DNA of 64,000 nt from Camelus ferus (Eukaryota), in the NCBI RefSeq assembly GCF_009834535.1, contig NC_045697.1, positions 69,380,001-69,444,000 of the forward strand, read 5' to 3'. The notes under the pieces were generated by a model. That model was not told the DNA's origin. It saw nothing but the letters and a program-made list of their open reading frames with translations, and ran no database searches. A program made the translations under genes and the position numbers. How positions within the stretch are numbered: position 1 is the first letter of the stretch; each line of letters begins with the position of its first letter. This document shows, piece after piece, positions 36,245-48,559 of the stretch.

Positions 36245-36613
36245 TGTTATGGGCTAGATGTTTGTGTGCCTCCGAAGTTCAAATACTGATATCCTAACCC
36301 GCAGTGCAGTGGTATTAGGAGATGGGATGTTCGGGAGCTGACTGGGTCATGAGGGTGGAGCCCTCATAAATGGGATTAGTGCCCTAATGAAAGAGATCCA
36401 GAGAGCTCTCTCACCCCCTCCACCGTACGAAAACACAGCGAGAAGACAGCTGTCTCTGAATCAGGAAACAAGTCCTCACCAGACACCAAACTTGCCAACT
36501 TGCCAGCACCTTAGTCCTGGGCTTCCCAGCCTCCAGAACTGTAAGAAATGCATGTCATTTAAGTCACCCAGTCTGTAGCATTTTTGTTAGTGCAGCCCCA
36601 GTGGACCAAGACA
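36245..36613 (+). mobile_element. MaLR solo LTR (MLT1A/MLT1A0-like)
   Basis: TG...CA termini, ggtcatgagggtggagccctcataaatgggattagtgccct core, perfect 5-bp TSD ATATT (36240-36244 / 36614-36618). Confidence 0.9.
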
Positions 36614-37619
36614 ATATTAATATCAGCTTTAGTGTTATTTTAGCTTTTTGGTCTTGGGAAATGAACTTGTTTAGATCGGATTCTACTGGTTACAAAGAAC
36701 ACAAACCCCTCGAAAAGGGTCAAGTGAAAAGGATAATGAGGAGATATGGTAGACTCTCAGGGAATTGTCGTACAGGAAGTGTAGCCAAACTGTGTAAGAA
36801 CTGGAAACCCATCCGTCTTTCTGTCTCTCCCCCTACATGTCCACACACACACACAAACACACAGAGTTTTTTCGTCATCATTTCTCTCTTTGCTTTTGCC
36901 CTTTCTCCACTTGGCAGTTCAAGGTCCTCTCTTTCTCAAGGCTTCTGCCCCTCCATATGACTTCAGTTTGTATGTGGCCTCAGCTGACTGTAGGCCAGCC
37001 CCCATCCTGACACTACTGGGCCTCAGAGGTCTAATTTCCGTGGCCCTGTCACTATAGGCACTGCATTTCCCAGTCAAATTCTAGAGAGAAAATGACTGGA
37101 TTTGGGGTAGGTTATGGACTGGTGTTTTGAGGGTCAGCCACAGCAACCCTGGTCCAATAGGCTGCAATTGGCAAAGGTGGGTCCCATAATACTAGAATCA
37201 CCCTGTCCAAGAAATGTAAGTAGGGCCCCTTAAGCTAGAAAGAGGAGTTCTACCATAAATAAAAATTTCAGAACATAAATTTTACATTAACTATGACAGC
37301 TGTTAAATTTTGATTTTCGTAGAAATATTTTTTCATAATATATTAGTCACGTTCCAATGTTTTAGAAAAGTTTTTTTCTGATAAAAGAAATATATAAATA
37401 TTTTTTAAAAAGAAAAAAGAAATATATACATAGTTTATAATTCTTAGAAAATACACAAAAGAATATTTAAAATAAAAATCAACCTCAATCTTCATATTTA
37501 GAAATTAACCTGGTTAACACTTTTATATATTTTATATATATATATAAAACACTTTTTTTCCCCCTTGTGGTTTTTTCATAGTTGTGGTGACATTATAATC
37601 ATTCTTTTGCAACATGATT

Positions 37620-38615
37620 TTTCTTGGTTTGAGTTCTCCAGGAACAAATTCTAAAATAAAGATTCAAGAGCACGTACTTTATTTTGAAGGCAAACCCAGG
37701 AAATACCAGATGGAAAACGGGGAAGAGATACAGAGGAAGGGAATGTTCTAGTCACTATTGCTAAGTAACAAGCTGCTCCTTAGCGGTATAAAACAACGGA
37801 ACCATTCGATTTTGCGTACAACTTTGTGCGTCAGGAATTTAGGAAGGGCTCAGTGGAGAGATACCCCCTGGGGCTGCAGGCCTTTGAAGGCTCTCTCTGC
37901 TGGGCTAGATGTTCCAGATGGTCCACTCACACAGCCTGGGCCTGACGGTGGACCCTGGGCTCAGTTAGGGTGGTCCACCGGAGCATCTGCTCTCTAGAGC
38001 AGCTTCAGGGGAGTCAGACTTCCTACCTGGTGATCGGTTTCCCCAAGAGTGAATGCCCAAGAGAACCAGATGAAGGCTGATGGCCTTTTGTGGTCTAGCC
38101 TTGGAAATGATAGTGTCCATTCTGCCACACCCTTTTAGTCAAAGCTGTCACAAGCCCACAAGGGAAGGGGACATAGACTCTACAACTTAATGGGAAAAAC
38201 GCCAAAGAATCCAGGGCCTTAAAAAAAAATCACCGCAGGAAGGAAGAAGCCAATAAGTGGTATGTAATAAATCCAAATGGCACTGTATTGCAATGGGAGC
38301 TGAGTTCTGCTGAAGAACTCTTGGAAACAGTGTAGAAAACATCTCACAATTGTCCCCTGGGAAGACTGAGGAAGCTGAAGTATTTAACCACCAACTGCCT
38401 ATCAGTAATTGTTTAGGGCTGGGACGTTTGGGGAGGGAACAATAATTCCCACAGGGATGTATGGGCATTTCCCCAGCAGTGACTTCTAAGCATGCTCCTT
38501 GGCCAGGGGAAAGCTTCAGGGAGACAGTTTCATGTGATCACAGCAGGCAGACTTGCAGGAACAGAGATCTGAACAGCGATGAATGCCAAGGGCTCCTGAG
38601 GAAGGTGCCAGCACT
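37620..38615 (-). mobile_element. ERVL LTR16-like solo LTR with a nested MLT1G/H-like LTR (~37744-38237)
   Basis: LTR16-type blocks (agattcaagagcacgtactttattttgaagg; gaggaagctgaagtatttaaccaccaact) are split by a TG...CA MaLR-like block (ggaatttaggaagggctcag; gggagtcagacttcctacctggtg; agggaaggggacatagactc). Confidence 0.6.
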
Positions 38616-38819
38616 ATCTCCTGCAGTGTATCTTAAGCATTTTTCCTTGCCATTAAATATTCTTTGTAACAACTTTTCATAATTACATGGATATTTTGTT
38701 TAATTAACATCTCTGTGCATAAAGCTGAGGACTTGGGGGCAAAAAAAATCACGCCAAATACCACTGTGTCCATTAATGCCTGTCCATGCTCTCTAACTTT
38801 AGACAACTGTGAAAATTAA

Positions 38820-39248
38820 TGAAGGAAACCACAACTAAAATTGGAGTCAGGAAGGCCTGTAGAGGAGTTCTCATGCCCTGCCACACGTCATCAATTACCC
38901 CAAACCGGAAGAGAAGCACCTTGCATCCAACAGGAAAGTGTCTCTACTTTACTACCTCAGAAGGCAGGAAGATTTCCTTCTTACCCAGCAACAAGCTGAG
39001 CCAATGAAAAACACCACAGCTTGGCCAATGAGAAGCCATCGTTACCCTGAACTCTTACTTTCCCCCATTGAATTTTCATGTTTCTTTTGCTAATGACTTC
39101 CTTGTCCCACCCTTCTTTCTATAAAAGCCTTCATTTCGTATAACTCCTTGGAACATCTCTTTGCTAAATGAGATGCTGCCTGATATGTGTGAATTGTTTA
39201 ACAAAGCCAATTAGACATTCAAATTTACTCAGCTGAATTTTTTTAATA
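38820..39248 (+). mobile_element. ERV1 solo LTR (MER34-like)
   Basis: Starts tgaagg; two CCAAT boxes (~39001, ~39025), TATAAAA ~39120, and a 3' end aacaaagccaattagacattcaaatttac typical of MER34 relatives. Confidence 0.6.
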
Positions 39249-39929
39249 CCACCAATCACTCATCTTTCTGATTTTCCTTAGTTACTCCCTCTTTACATCA
39301 AACCTTCACCTCTCCCCAAGATCCCATTTCAGCCTGTATCCTCTGCTTCCAGCAGATGTTCCAGTCTGTTTCAATGAGAAATAGAAGTCATCAGAGATGA
39401 TCAACCTTGTTATCCCTTTCTACAGACCCATTTTTCTACATCTAATCCCTCTCTCATTCCTTTTCTTCCAATCTCAGAAGGTGAGAGGTCCCTCCTTCAG
39501 TTCTAGACCAACCCCATCCCCCCTTTATTTAAATGAATGCCCACCCCAACACCACCTGCATTCTCCCTGCCTCCTCCTAGATCTTGTCCCATTAGTTCTC
39601 CTTCCTCTCCTTTATCATCCAACTCTCCCTCACTCTTGTCTCCTCCCCACCTCCCTATAAACATGCCCAAGGCTTTCTTCAGGCTAAAATAACCTGTCCT
39701 TACCCATCAGCAACTGTGTTCTCTCTCTCCTCACTATCCATTCATTTCACAATCCACTGCCTGTGAGCCACTGCCCCCATCACTGTTCTGAAGCTGTGCT
39801 CACTATGGTTTTCAATTAAGCACCAATTGCCAAGTCTGGAGGGCAAGTCTTAATTCCTGGCTCTTAGACCCCTGCTGCACGTGAAGTCACTGCATGTGAT
39901 GTCACTCCTCTTTCTTAAAGCTCTCTGTT

Positions 39930-40457
39930 TGAAACAGCAGAACCCTGTGGGGTCCTCCCTGTGTGCTCCATTTCTTCTTAGTAGGGCATAGGCATCATTC
40001 AGCCTCCCTGACCTTCCCTGAGCTCCAAAGGGTAGATTCAAACAGTTATTAATCTGGGAAGGGAGGGAATGCAGAGACAAGGGAGGAACAGTCAAGAAAC
40101 AACAGTGCAGCCTTGGGGCAGGGTCCTGGTTACTCCTCAAGGAAAATACATAACATTATCTCTGAGTTCTTCTGCAGGAACTAAGGCCCCCACCCAGGTG
40201 AGGGATGGTAACTTCAGGATGAGCACAAAATTCCTGGAACACCGCCCTGTCACCTCACCACCAACCAATCAGTAGAATGTCACACACCCTGCTGCCCTCC
40301 CCCCAGATTTTGCCTATAAAAACTTTCCCCTCAAAACCAACGGCAAGTTCAGGTTTTCCAAGTAGGAGCCGCCCATCCTCCTTGCTGGGCCCTGCAATAA
40401 ACCTTTCTCTGCTCCAAAATCCCATATTCCAGGCACAAGAACTTTTGTTCGATAACA
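39930..40457 (+). mobile_element. Artiodactyl ERV1-type solo LTR
   Basis: TG...CA termini, 4-bp TSD TGTT (39926-39929 / 40458-40461), CCAAT ~40265, TATAAAA ~40315, AATAAA ~40396. Confidence 0.85.
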
Positions 40458-40634
40458 TGTTCTCTCAGCCTTCGTGACTCTCTGCTCTCCAACTAACCAT
40501 ACCTTGTGAACATTTCTTCTCTCTCTCTGTCGGCCACACTTCCTCTGGCTAGCCCACAGAGCTGCTGTTGCCCGTCTATTGCTTGCTTTTTATCTACACT
40601 TCCTCCCTAGATGATCTTCTTTCACGTTCCAAAT

Positions 40635-40998
40635 TCCAAGTCTACAGTGCTTTATCTGAAGCCCTGGGGCTAGGTGGTGGCTTTAGAATGCAGAATTTTT
40701 CAGATTTTGGAAAGGTTATTTGGAATGCACACTGAAAATTACATGCTGGTCTCAGTAGAACACCTTTTAATCAAATACAAGAGTATTTCTGTAGCAAAAA
40801 ACACAGAAATAGTCACACTAAGTAGGGTTTGTAAAGGGGCTAGAAATAGTTTTCATGTACCTTCTGGTTATGTCTTCATGTAAAAAATGCTCCGATTACG
40901 TCAGGTTTTGCAAGCAGCAAATGAATTTTAAAAAGACTTTTGCTTCTTAGACTTTTTTTTGGATTTAGAAATTGCAAGTAAGGGATTATAGAGCAGTG
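40635..40998. mobile_element. MER46C-like Tigger MITE
   Basis: ttatctgaagccctggggc...cagaatttttcagattttggaaagg ... ttttggatttagaaattgcaagtaagggattatag. Confidence 0.65.
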
Positions 40999-41146
40999 CC
41001 ACCAATGTGCTGATATAAATCAAATCTTCATCCAGGTTGTAGCATTATATGGAAGTTTGGGCTGTCCAAAGCAGGCTAGGCATCTCTGCCTGCATGTCTT
41101 ATAGACATACCAAGCTCACCTCATTCAAAACTGAGTATCACCCGCT

Positions 41147-41580
41147 CTGTCTAAGGTCAGGTCCCCTGAGAGACAGACTCTGAGACAGGTGTCTGTGTGC
41201 AGGAGAGTTCCTGGGGAGTGCTGCTGGGGGCAGTACCTGAAGCCAGTGAGGGAAGCAGGACCAGGCACCAGGAGGAGCTGAAGTGTGATGCAGACACAAC
41301 ACAGGCCTCAGCTGGTCTTTGGAGAGCTCTGCACTGCAGCTGGACTGGCCCTTCAAAGTTTTCCAGAATAGAGAAAAGGAGACCTGGTTTTTGTGTCTCT
41401 GTGTCAACCAGTTATTGAATATGGGCTTCCCCTGACAAGGGAGCACACCCTTGAGCAAAGTAGCTCCCTTGGGCCAGAGAGGACTGCACTGTGAGCCCTC
41501 CGCGGCTATCACCCTGGAGGCTGGGGAAGTGACGGCGTCCACCTTGAAGACCGTGCACCGCCTTGTAGTATCCACTGCAG
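41147..41580 (-). mobile_element. ERVL LTR16C-like solo LTR
   Basis: ggtcaggtcccctgagagacagactctgagacagg...gagctgaagtgtgatgcag...ggcccttcaaagttttcc...gtatccactgca. Confidence 0.7.
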
Positions 41581-42409
41581 GCTCTCCCCCTGGTTTCTGT
41601 GCCTGCCACCCACTCAGACATCCAAGTTTATAGCTTCTAGTCATCCTGGACTCTCTCCACCCCTTACCACTTCCACATCTGGTAATTCACCATGTCCTGC
41701 CAATTTAGTCTTTCAGATAAATTTGAAAAATCTGCCTCATCTTCTCCATCCTTACGTCCAATGACCTTATTCAGTCTCACACTGTCTCCTTGCCTGGTTT
41801 ACTGCAGTTGCCTCCTACCTGTTCTCCTTGCTTTCATTCTTTTCCCAATTACATCCATTTTCTGTACATGCCAAGAATGAACTATCTAAAACTCAAATCT
41901 GGACAGGGCATTCCTCTGCTAGAAATCCTGCAATGGGTAAACTACTGCCTACAGGGTAAACTCCAAGTTCCTCCACCCATTATACAAGGACCTCTATGAT
42001 CTGGCCCCCATCTGGCTTTCCTGAGCCACATATCCCAACACTTACTGTCCTGGCAGCCCCTGAGTTGCAGCGAGCTCCCTTCTTGCATCCTATGCTGCTT
42101 CTTGTCTCCCTGCTTTCACTCGTGCCTAGCTGCCCTTCACCCAACTCAACTCATCCTTTAAAACATGGCTCAGTATCACTTGCTCTGGGGAACTCCTCTC
42201 TCTCTTCGTCCCCAGTCTAGGCTGAGTGCACCTTCTCCGTACATTTATAATATCCTATCCACACGTCTCTCATTGCACTCAGCATTCCGTGTTCTAATTA
42301 GATGTGTTGCTGCTGCTACTTGGATGGTCTCGTTTTTTCATCCCTCTCACCTAGCTCAGAGCCAGGGATATAATAGGCTCTCAATAAAGGCTTGTTGAAT
42401 GAAAGATTA

Positions 42410-42640
42410 TAATAATTATTACAGCTAATGTTATTAGCATTTAATGTGTGCTGGGCACTGTGTTAGGGGATTCACACATATTTTCTCACTTAATCCTTAA
42501 ACAATTTTATGAGGAAAGTACCACTTTTCCAATTTCCTTGATGAAGAAACTGAGGCTCTGAGGGTTTAAGTAACCTTCTTAAAGTCACACGGCCAGTAGG
42601 CGGTAGAAATGGGATTTGAATCCAAGTACACCTGACCATG
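42410..42640 (-). mobile_element. MIR SINE
   Basis: gtgctgggcactgtg...taatccttaaacaatt...gatgaagaaactgaggctctgagggtttaagtaacc...gggatttgaatccaag. Confidence 0.85.
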
Positions 42641-43264
42641 GAGCATGCGCTCTGACCCTGCACAACATGGCTTCCAGGAGCCCGAGACCCACAGCCCAGT
42701 GGCCGCAAGGGCTCCGGGGAAGGCACCCAGTGCCCGGACGCTTGGAAGGGCAGTGTTCAGTGCAAAGCTCAGAGCATGTGATTCTCCCACAGAAAACCTC
42801 AGTGGCCTCCTACTGAACGCTGAATAAAATCCCAGATTTGAACCACAAGGCCCCACCTTTCTCTCCATGTCTGCGTCCTCCTGCTCCACCATCCCGTCAC
42901 ATCCCCAACTTGAACACCCCAAGTTCTTTCTAGCCTTGAGGACTTTGCACCCCTGCCTGGCTTGCTCTTTTCTATATTCTTCCTTTCCACTTAGCTAGCT
43001 CTTTCATATCTCTTGTTTAAATGTTACTTCTTCATAAAATATTATTTTTTATGTCTCCATCATTATCTGTCTCATCTCTGTGTTTCCTTCACAGCATTTA
43101 TCAAGATTTGTAAGTATTTTATTTCATTTGTTTGTTTTTGTCTGCTGTTCCCCCTAGAATTATAAGCTCCTTTAGAGCAGGGTCTATTTGTTGCATTCAC
43201 CATACCTGACACAGTGAATGGATGAATATTGGCTCAAAGTTGTATACCTACAGGATGGTTATTA

Positions 43265-44135
43265 TTTAAAACACCCAAAACCAAAACCAGAAAATAACAA
43301 GTGTTTGTGAGGATGTGGAGAAATCAGAACTCTTGTGCATGGCTGATGAGAGTGTAAAATGGCGCAGCCACTGTGGAAAACAGGATGGGTGGTTCCTTGA
43401 AAAATTAAAAGCAGAATTACCATATGATCCAGCAACTGCACTTCTGGGAATATATCCAAAAGTATTGAACGGAGGGACTTAACAATGATATTTGGCTACC
43501 CGCGTTCATAGCCTTATTACTTGCAGTAGCCAAAAAGTGGAAGCAACCCAAGTGTCCATAGAAGATGAATGGATAAACAAAATGTGGTGTGTATGTAAAA
43601 TGGAATATAATTCAGCCTCTAAAAGTAAGGAAATTCTGCTCAACATGAATGAACTCTGAGGATATTATGCTAAGTGGAATAAATCAGTCACAAAAAGACA
43701 AATACTGTGTGAGTCCACTTACATGAGGGACCCAGAATTGTCAAATTCAAAGAGACAGAAAGTAGAACAATCATTCCCCGGAGCTGTGGGGAGGGAAAAT
43801 GGGAAGTAATTGTTTAATGGTCACAGAGTTTCAGTTTTGCAAGATGAAAAGTGTTCTGTGAACGGACGGTAGTGATGATAGCACAACAATGTGAACGTAC
43901 TTAATGCCACTGAACTATACACTTAAAAACAGTTAAGATGGTGGAGGGCAGGGTATAGCTCAGTGGTAGAGTGCATGCTTAGCATGCAAGAGGTCCTGGG
44001 TTCAATCCCCAGTACTTCCATTACATAAACAAACAAACCAAATTATCCACCCCCCCAAGAAAAAACAAAATCAACAACAACAAAAAGTTAAGATGGTGAT
44101 TTTTATGTTATGTGTGTTTTACCACATTTTTTTTT
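43265..44135 (+). mobile_element. L1MB-like 3' end, interrupted by a SINE
   Basis: aaataacaagtgtttgtgaggatgtggagaaat...gaattaccatatgatccagca...aatgccactgaactatacacttaaaa. Confidence 0.88.
43944..44085 (+). mobile_element. Camelid tRNA-derived SINE (Vic-1-like)
   Basis: gggtatagctcagtggtagagtgcatgcttagcatgcaagaggtcctgggttcaatccccagtac; TSD AGTTAAGATGGTG (43931-43943 / 44086-44098). Confidence 0.92.
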
Positions 44136-45354
44136 TAAAGAGAAAGAAAGTTGTATCCTGCTTGGTATTTAGTAGTGCTGATCTCCTGACCCCCGGTCCA
44201 GTATCCTCTCATTTACATACACTGGCTCCTATGAGAGTACATTTTATCAACTAAACATCACAACCATCTCCTTTCAAAAAGGAAAAGATTTTTCTAGGAC
44301 ATATAAAAAGGAGATGCTACCTGTTTTAGAATTTAAAAAACTTTAGAGTTTATCTAAACCTCTATCTTCTGTATCAGACAGGGTGCGGATCGGGTTAACT
44401 TAGGCAGGAAGCCATTGCTGACCTGGACGAGGAAGGGTGAAGGGAGGGAATGGTCACTGGAACTTAAGAGCTGTGGTTGGAGAGGCGATGACCTCTGGTA
44501 GAGGAATGTGGCTGTTGCCACGACAGGAAGGGAGCTGGCCAAATAAATATGACTTCCTCCCTTCTTCTGCTGGTACCTCTGATTGGTTGAACCCAACTGG
44601 AAGGCAGAGGGCAAGAGAATCCATTGATACAGTCCCTAAAGACCCCAGAGAAGAAAGGGGGAGAACGGATCTAGAGGTGCCTTCATTATACCACACTTCA
44701 TTTTAAAATAAAAGCATTCAGGCTCAAAGAATTAAGTTAACTCCCGAAGGTCTCCCAGTGATAGATATGGGACTGTCATAGTTTTTAGGACTTAATGGAG
44801 TTTCTACTCACACATCAGTAAGGAATGAGAACATTAGTCTAAACCTGGAAAATCTGTCACAAATAGAACAAACATCTAAAGGAAGTTTTGTTTTAAAAAA
44901 GAGGGTGGTGTGCAGAGCTTCCACAGAACTAGAATTATCAGGAGCTTTTGTGCTGTGGACTTTGCAAGTCTGATTCATCTCATGTGACAAAGAAAACAAT
45001 TTTAAGATCCTGAGTTTTCTTCCTGTTTCTGTCCTCACAATCATCACAGTTTATGGAACATTAAGAAGAAGCTGAAGAGGAGTATTAAATTATAGATGTT
45101 GAGTTAAATAAAATAAGATAGCTAAGTCAAAAAAATTGTTGAAAAGATTCACAGAATTGCATCCTCAAACAAGGATTTTTTTCATAATTAAAGGACTTTG
45201 AGACAACTTTTCAGACTCCTAGAAGTTTCACAAGACAGTACCTAAAAAAATTGATGTGACAAGACTTTTGAACACAAAACACTGAAACTTTGAGGGAAAA
45301 AACCAAGAATGGTACCCTTCTCCCCAACCCCCTGCCACCCAAGGAAGTAATGCA

Positions 45355-45615
45355 GCACATAGCACAGTAATTAGGAGTCTAAGTCAGAGAATTAAAATTC
45401 TAGGATTCAAACCTGGCCCCATCACTTACTGGCCGCATAACCTTGGGCTTCACCTTTTTTACTAAGCCATAGTTTTTCCATTTGTGACATAGGAATAATT
45501 GTAGCTAATTGATCACATGGTGTGAGGACTGGAAAAAAATAATACAGACAGACACTTACTACATTGTCTCTTTGGCACCTACTAGGTTTTCAAAAAATGC
45601 TAACTAGTAGTAGTA
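45355..45615 (+). mobile_element. MIR SINE
   Basis: gcacatagcacagt...ggattcaaacctggccccatcacttactggccgcataaccttggg...gtttttccatttgtga. Confidence 0.7.
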
Positions 45616-47469
45616 TTGCACAACTTATTCTTTTTGCCACCAGAGGTGGTTATATAACCATATTAAATGACTAATTTCTCACAGTTGCTTTGACTGTCAT
45701 TGATCTGTTGATCTGTTGAGACCCCTCTAAAGTCCAATTGGATTATGAGAGTACAATGATGAAGATGCATCTTAAGTGAAAAATAGTGAATGGCAATGCT
45801 GAATTTGATGAATGAGCAAGAGGAGAAGGGAAAGGAGGAAGAAAAAGAAGAGTTGGGGTAAAGGGAGAAGAAAGAGCCCAAAAGATGGATCTTTTGAGGG
45901 GTGAGGAAAAGAGGGTATCAATCTGCCACCATGGTGGGCCCAGGATCACACCCAGCCACATAGTGGACCAAGGCATAAAAGTCAGTGAAAATCGTTCTAA
46001 ACGTCTAATGCGTAGAGGATGTCATCATACCTAGGGTGCCAACATTCAGGAAAGGATTTCTGTGAAGTATCAGTTACCACCTCCTTCCTGCAATTTGCTT
46101 GTGAGGTGTACAAATGAGGGAGGGGCTTTCCTCTACTCCACATGTTAATTTGCCTCCTTCATTTGGTGGAAAAAAGTCTCTGTGATCTGTGGGGTAAGGA
46201 TGGTCCCAGGCCTCTAGGAACCCCTCCCTAATTCTCTTTCAAATTCCAGGTTCTAAGGGCACTGCTCCCATGTCCCCAGGCTAGAGACTCTGAAGGACAT
46301 GGAAGCAGTGCCAGAACGGTCCTTACCCTCAAGGAACTCACAGCCCCAAGCTGCAGGCGGACTTGCTCGCATGTTATACGTTTGGCAGATTTCTCCCTGG
46401 TCAAGCGAATCAACCAAACAGAAGAGTTAAAAAACAAACCACAGTCACTCCTGTTATTCTTCCCAGAGAAGAGAATATACTATTTCCATCATTTATGGCA
46501 GTAACAGAAAAGCAGGATTAAAAAAAAACAAACAAGCATTTGATGTGTTTGTTCTGGAATTGAAATTAAGTTGTCCTAGCTCAATGTGCCCATCATTAGC
46601 AACGTTTGGAAGGAGCTCACATTTTGCTGGCCGTACAGCTGGCTGGGTTTCAGTTTCTCATTTATGAACCTTGTGACAGCCCTCCTAGGCCCCTTCTATC
46701 TCCCTTTGGGAAGGTGGAAGGAATTTTCCCACTGTTCATGGTTTCCTTTACTTTTATCTGAGAAATAAACAAAGGCAAATCTTGCTTGTACCATCAGGTT
46801 TCCAGTGTCCTAATTCCTCTGCCTGCGGTTTGAACCAAATCTCCAAGTTCTGTTTCCTCCTTTGCCCCCCTTTTCTATGTCACCAACGATGCTTGTTCCA
46901 ATGGTTTGTTGTGATTCTGGAAGGTCTCTGATCGTTTCCGGTAGGCCTCTTGCAGCTCTTGTAAGAAAGCATTCTGCAGGTGGGCATAACTCATTTAGTA
47001 GTAATGTTCATAATGTGAAACAACTTAATAATCTCCCTTTGAAGGATATCACATTTAAAAACAGAAACCTAAAAATCTGAGTTCTAATGTGTTCCAGGAT
47101 AGGTGATCTAAGCAGGAATCATAAACTGTTAGGACAATAATATGTTATTACTTGGTGGGTTCTTAATAATCTAGAAGCTTCTCAGAATTAGAGAATTTGA
47201 TTATTAATTCATTCAAAAGAACATTTTAGTGAAATGAGCATCAAATACTGGATTCCTATGTGCTGCGTAGCAATTAGTGAAGTGAAAGGCAGTAGCTTAG
47301 ATTAAGTTCACCATTATTCTGTGAAATGAATTAAATATATATCCTGAAAACTCAGAAGCTCAAGTCTAGTCATGTTGGTAAGTGACTAAGTAAGTGAGGA
47401 GATAACAGAGAAGGGCTGTCATAATGAAGAGAGATGACCGCGTGTTTTCCGGAGGGGAGATGAAGACGG

Positions 47470-47670
47470 GTGCTCATTAAGTGCTTGCTGTGTGACTGGA
47501 CGCTGCTGAGTGCTTTACATATGTTTCACACAATATCCTCAAAATGCTATGAGACTGCTATTACCATGACCCATTTGTAAAAGAGGAAATGAAGAAGTTA
47601 AATAATCTGCCCAAGGCCACGTGGCTAGGAAGTGATGGAGCAAGGATCCTTACCAGTCAGATTCCTAAGT
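47470..47670 (-). mobile_element. MIR SINE
   Basis: cccatttgtaaaagaggaaatgaag...aagttaaataatctgcccaaggccac. Confidence 0.7.
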
Positions 47671-47750
47671 TTATCTTTTTGCCCTTAAACCATTGGAGAT
47701 ATATATATTTATATAAAATTTGGATTTCCTTATATTAAAACTTGCTTTGC

Positions 47751-48264
47751 TAACACAACATTGTAAATCAACAATACTGTTACGGAAACGACAGGCCAGC
47801 CAAGAAACAAGCACCACTTGGAGGGTTGGAGTACTCAGATGTATTACGCCGGCGGGCTCAGAGGGGCTTCTGCTCCGAAGCTCTGAGCACCTCCAAGACA
47901 TGCGCATGAGGTTTTATAGGGTAAAGTACAAGCTTGGGGTATTCGGCCAATAGGCATGGAACAGCTTTAGCAGCATCATTATCACAAAAGTGGAGGCAGG
48001 GAGGCAGCAAACCAACATTCCAAAGGCAGATATATCTCTTTGAAAATCCAGCTGGCTAGCAAAAAAAACATGAACAGCAAACCAACACTAATTAACCTAG
48101 ATTTACAAGTTAGTCCAGCAGAACTCAGATCAGTATTCCAAAACTTAGACTTGTTAGCCCAGCCCAGCCTCTCCTTCACATTCCTAGACTCGTGAGTGAT
48201 CTTGTTAGCCCAGCCTGGCTTTCCCTTCACATACTTCAATTTAAAAAAAAATAAATAAAAAATA
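47751..48264 (+). mobile_element. Very short lineage-specific L1 3' tail, split by an LTR
   Basis: taacacaacattgtaaatcaacaatac [LTR] atacttcaatttaaaaaaaaataaataaaaaat; 14-bp TSD AAAACTTGCTTTGC (47737-47750 / 48265-48278). Confidence 0.8.
47778..48229 (-). mobile_element. Relatively young ERV solo LTR
   Basis: TG...CA termini, ATAC-like flanks, retained CpGs, minus-strand TATAAAA (~47911-47918) and an internal direct repeat cttgttagcccagcc (~48150, ~48201). Confidence 0.75.
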
Positions 48265-48559
48265 AAAACTTGCTTTGCACACCTATTAGAATGTGCAAAT
48301 CCTGACAACAAATGCTGGTTGAGGATGTGGAGCAACAGGAACTCTCAATCATTGCTAGTGGGAATGCAAAAGGTACAGTCACTTTGGAAGACAGTTTGGC
48401 GGTTTCTTACAAAACTAAACATACTCTTACCACACGATACAGCAATTGTGCTCCTTACTTTTTACCCAAAGGAGCTGAAAACTTATGTCCACACAAAAAC
48501 CTGCACACAGGTATTTATAGCAGCTTTATTCATAATTGCCAAAACTGGGAAGCAACTCA

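Larger units (their letters stand above)
39250..42400 (+). mobile_element. Fragmented L2, host to several later insertions
   Basis: Pyrimidine-rich L2 blocks resume after each insertion and end ...ataggctctcaataaaggcttgttgaatgaa (L2 3' end, ~42400). Confidence 0.65.

Noticed and set aside
44370..44700. Possible old LTR fragment
   Set aside because: It has LTR-like texture (ttggttgaacccaactggaaggcagagggcaag), but I could not define termini or family well enough to list it.
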